Shown one piece after another: positions 63,715 to 64,000 of a stretch of DNA of 64,000 bases. The notes under the pieces are model-generated. The model was not told the origin of the DNA. It worked only from the letters and a program-made list of their open reading frames with translations, and searched no databases. The position numbers and the translations under genes were made by a program. The stretch is from positions 64,081-128,080 of the forward strand of contig JAAYVD010000172.1 in assembly GCA_012517355.1 (NCBI GenBank), in the 5' to 3' direction. Within the stretch, counting starts at the first letter, position 1. Every line of letters starts with the position of its first letter. This DNA is from Candidatus Rifleibacteriota bacterium (lineage in GTDB: Bacteria > Muiribacteriota > Ozemobacteria > Ozemobacterales > Ozemobacteraceae).

Positions 63715-64000
63715 ATGCGTACGATCATTTTCGGAGTCAGCCTCTGTCTGTGTCTCGGCCTTTCGCTTCCTGCCCGGGCGGATCCCTCGGCGCGTTCCGA
63801 AGCCGAGAAGCTCGGATACTCCCCGGAAATGCTGAAGCGCCTTCCCGACCGCCATCTGCCGCGCGCTCCGAACCCGGATGCCCCGATCACGTCACGGTCC
63901 CTGGCCGGGACCGGCTCCGTCCGGGACACCGACCAGCTGTCTCCCCGGCAGTACCAGAAGGCCGAATCGGTGACGATGGTGCCGTACCTGCTGGCGCTGC
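63715..64000 (+). CDS. Partial hypothetical exported protein (runs off the window)
   Basis: Manual translation MRTIIFGVSLCLCLGLSLPARADPSAR... stays open to the window end; signal peptide ending in ARA. Confidence 0.65.
   Translation, partial: MRTIIFGVSLCLCLGLSLPARADPSARSEAEKLGYSPEMLKRLPDRHLPRAPNPDAPITSRSLAGTGSVRDTDQLSPRQYQKAESVTMVPYLLAL

Overview
GC-rich chromosomal window from an apparently anaerobic bacterium; taxonomy cannot be assigned from sequence alone. It holds about 45 real genes, and the many very long antisense ORFs are high-GC shadows. In order: an HD/CHAD pair, a large lipoprotein, a DUF362 protein, a MoxR-DUF58-transglutaminase triad, serA-serC, a TPR protein, a 56-aa 2[4Fe-4S] ferredoxin missed by the ORF track, a GH13 glucanotransferase plus MFS, and glutamine synthetase III. 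Then a 1282-aa protein made of FIVE tandem Fe-S-staple PD-(D/E)XK (Cas4/AddB-like) nuclease domains, which is the top novelty candidate. Next is a complete oxidative ornithine pathway (ord-ortA-ortB-oraS-oraE-reactivase-orr-alr), interrupted by a Thg1-like 3'-5' polymerase gene bracketed by ~42-bp inverted repeats. The rest is tldD-tldE, a beta-CASP RNase, an exported TPR/lipoprotein cluster behind a sigma54-type motif, a Tat-DUF362 plus polyferredoxin module, a PDZ-hydrolase, an alpha-2-macroglobulin and an AGCS symporter. Intergenic DNA carries at least three dispersed structured repeat families; one 154-bp copy sits inside a tandem array with a 9-bp target-like duplication. No rRNA, tRNA, CRISPR array or transposase was recognised. 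All family assignments come from motif recognition by eye, not from database searches.
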